Below are positions 63,595-64,000 of a DNA stretch of 64,000 nucleotides, in pieces. Below the pieces are notes generated by a model. That model was not told the origin of the DNA. It was given only the letters and a program-made list of their open reading frames with translations, and ran no database searches. The position numbers were made by a program, and so were the translations under genes. This stretch comes from Lama glama. Lineage: Eukaryota. The stretch is from NCBI GenBank assembly GCA_028534125.1, contig CM052818.1:48424001-48488000 (forward strand), in the 5' to 3' direction. The stretch's first letter is position 1. Each line of letters begins with the position of its first letter.

Positions 63595-63979
63595 TGGAGA
63601 AGGCACTTGGTCCTTTGCATGTGCTATTTCCTTGGCCAAGAATATGATTCTTTCCTCCCCGCATCTTCATGCTTCAACTTCGCCTGCTAATTCTTACTTA
63701 TGAGAATTGACCTTAGACATGCCAGCTGCAGTTTCTCTGAATCTTCCAGATTGCTCCCTCCCTAGTATGAACACCACAGCTCCCCATGCCCTCTTCTAAC
63801 TGTCCTTCCTCCACTGGTCTAATCCCTAGACCTCTAGTCTAGCTCCCTCTTGACTCCATGATGGCGGGAGACAGGTCGATGTTTTGCACAGTTGTATTGT
63901 CCCCAGGGACCAGCGCAGAGCCTCGCATGTCGTAGGCAACCATCAATATGTGTTGAATGAATGCTTGAATGAGTGAGTA
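63595..63979 (+). mobile_element. L2 3' portion
   Basis: ggtcctttgcatgtgctatttccttgg...ctccatgatggcgggagacagg...tgtccccagggaccagcgcagagcctcgcatgtcgtagg...caatatgtgttgaatgaatg. Confidence 0.8.
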
Positions 63980-64000
63980 ATTTAATGGGACCTTTAAGTG

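Overview
Mammalian non-coding genomic DNA, most likely camelid. Two short tRNA-Ala(AGC)-derived SINEs resemble the camelid vic-1 family, the young L1 3' ends look cetartiodactyl, and I saw no Alu, BovB/Bov-tA, PRE-1 or Can-SINE. The window is unusually GC- and CpG-rich. It holds many L1, L2, MIR, MLT1, MER20 and MER91 relics, one solo ERV LTR with a CCAAT-box array, several microsatellites and four or five CpG-island-like segments (main ones at about 22.2-22.9 kb and 26.7-28.0 kb). I recognise no known protein, and the ORF track looks like GC-driven noise, so the window is intronic or intergenic and I cannot name the host gene. I found no convincing new biological system. The best second-look items are a sharply localised AT->GC-converted tract inside an old L1 (possible fossil recombination hotspot), the LTR promoter upstream of two frame-compatible exon candidates, an inverted MLT1 pair, a twin-primed L1 and several dense TF-motif clusters. 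Repeat family names come from remembered consensus sequences, not a database search, and most repeat boundaries are approximate.
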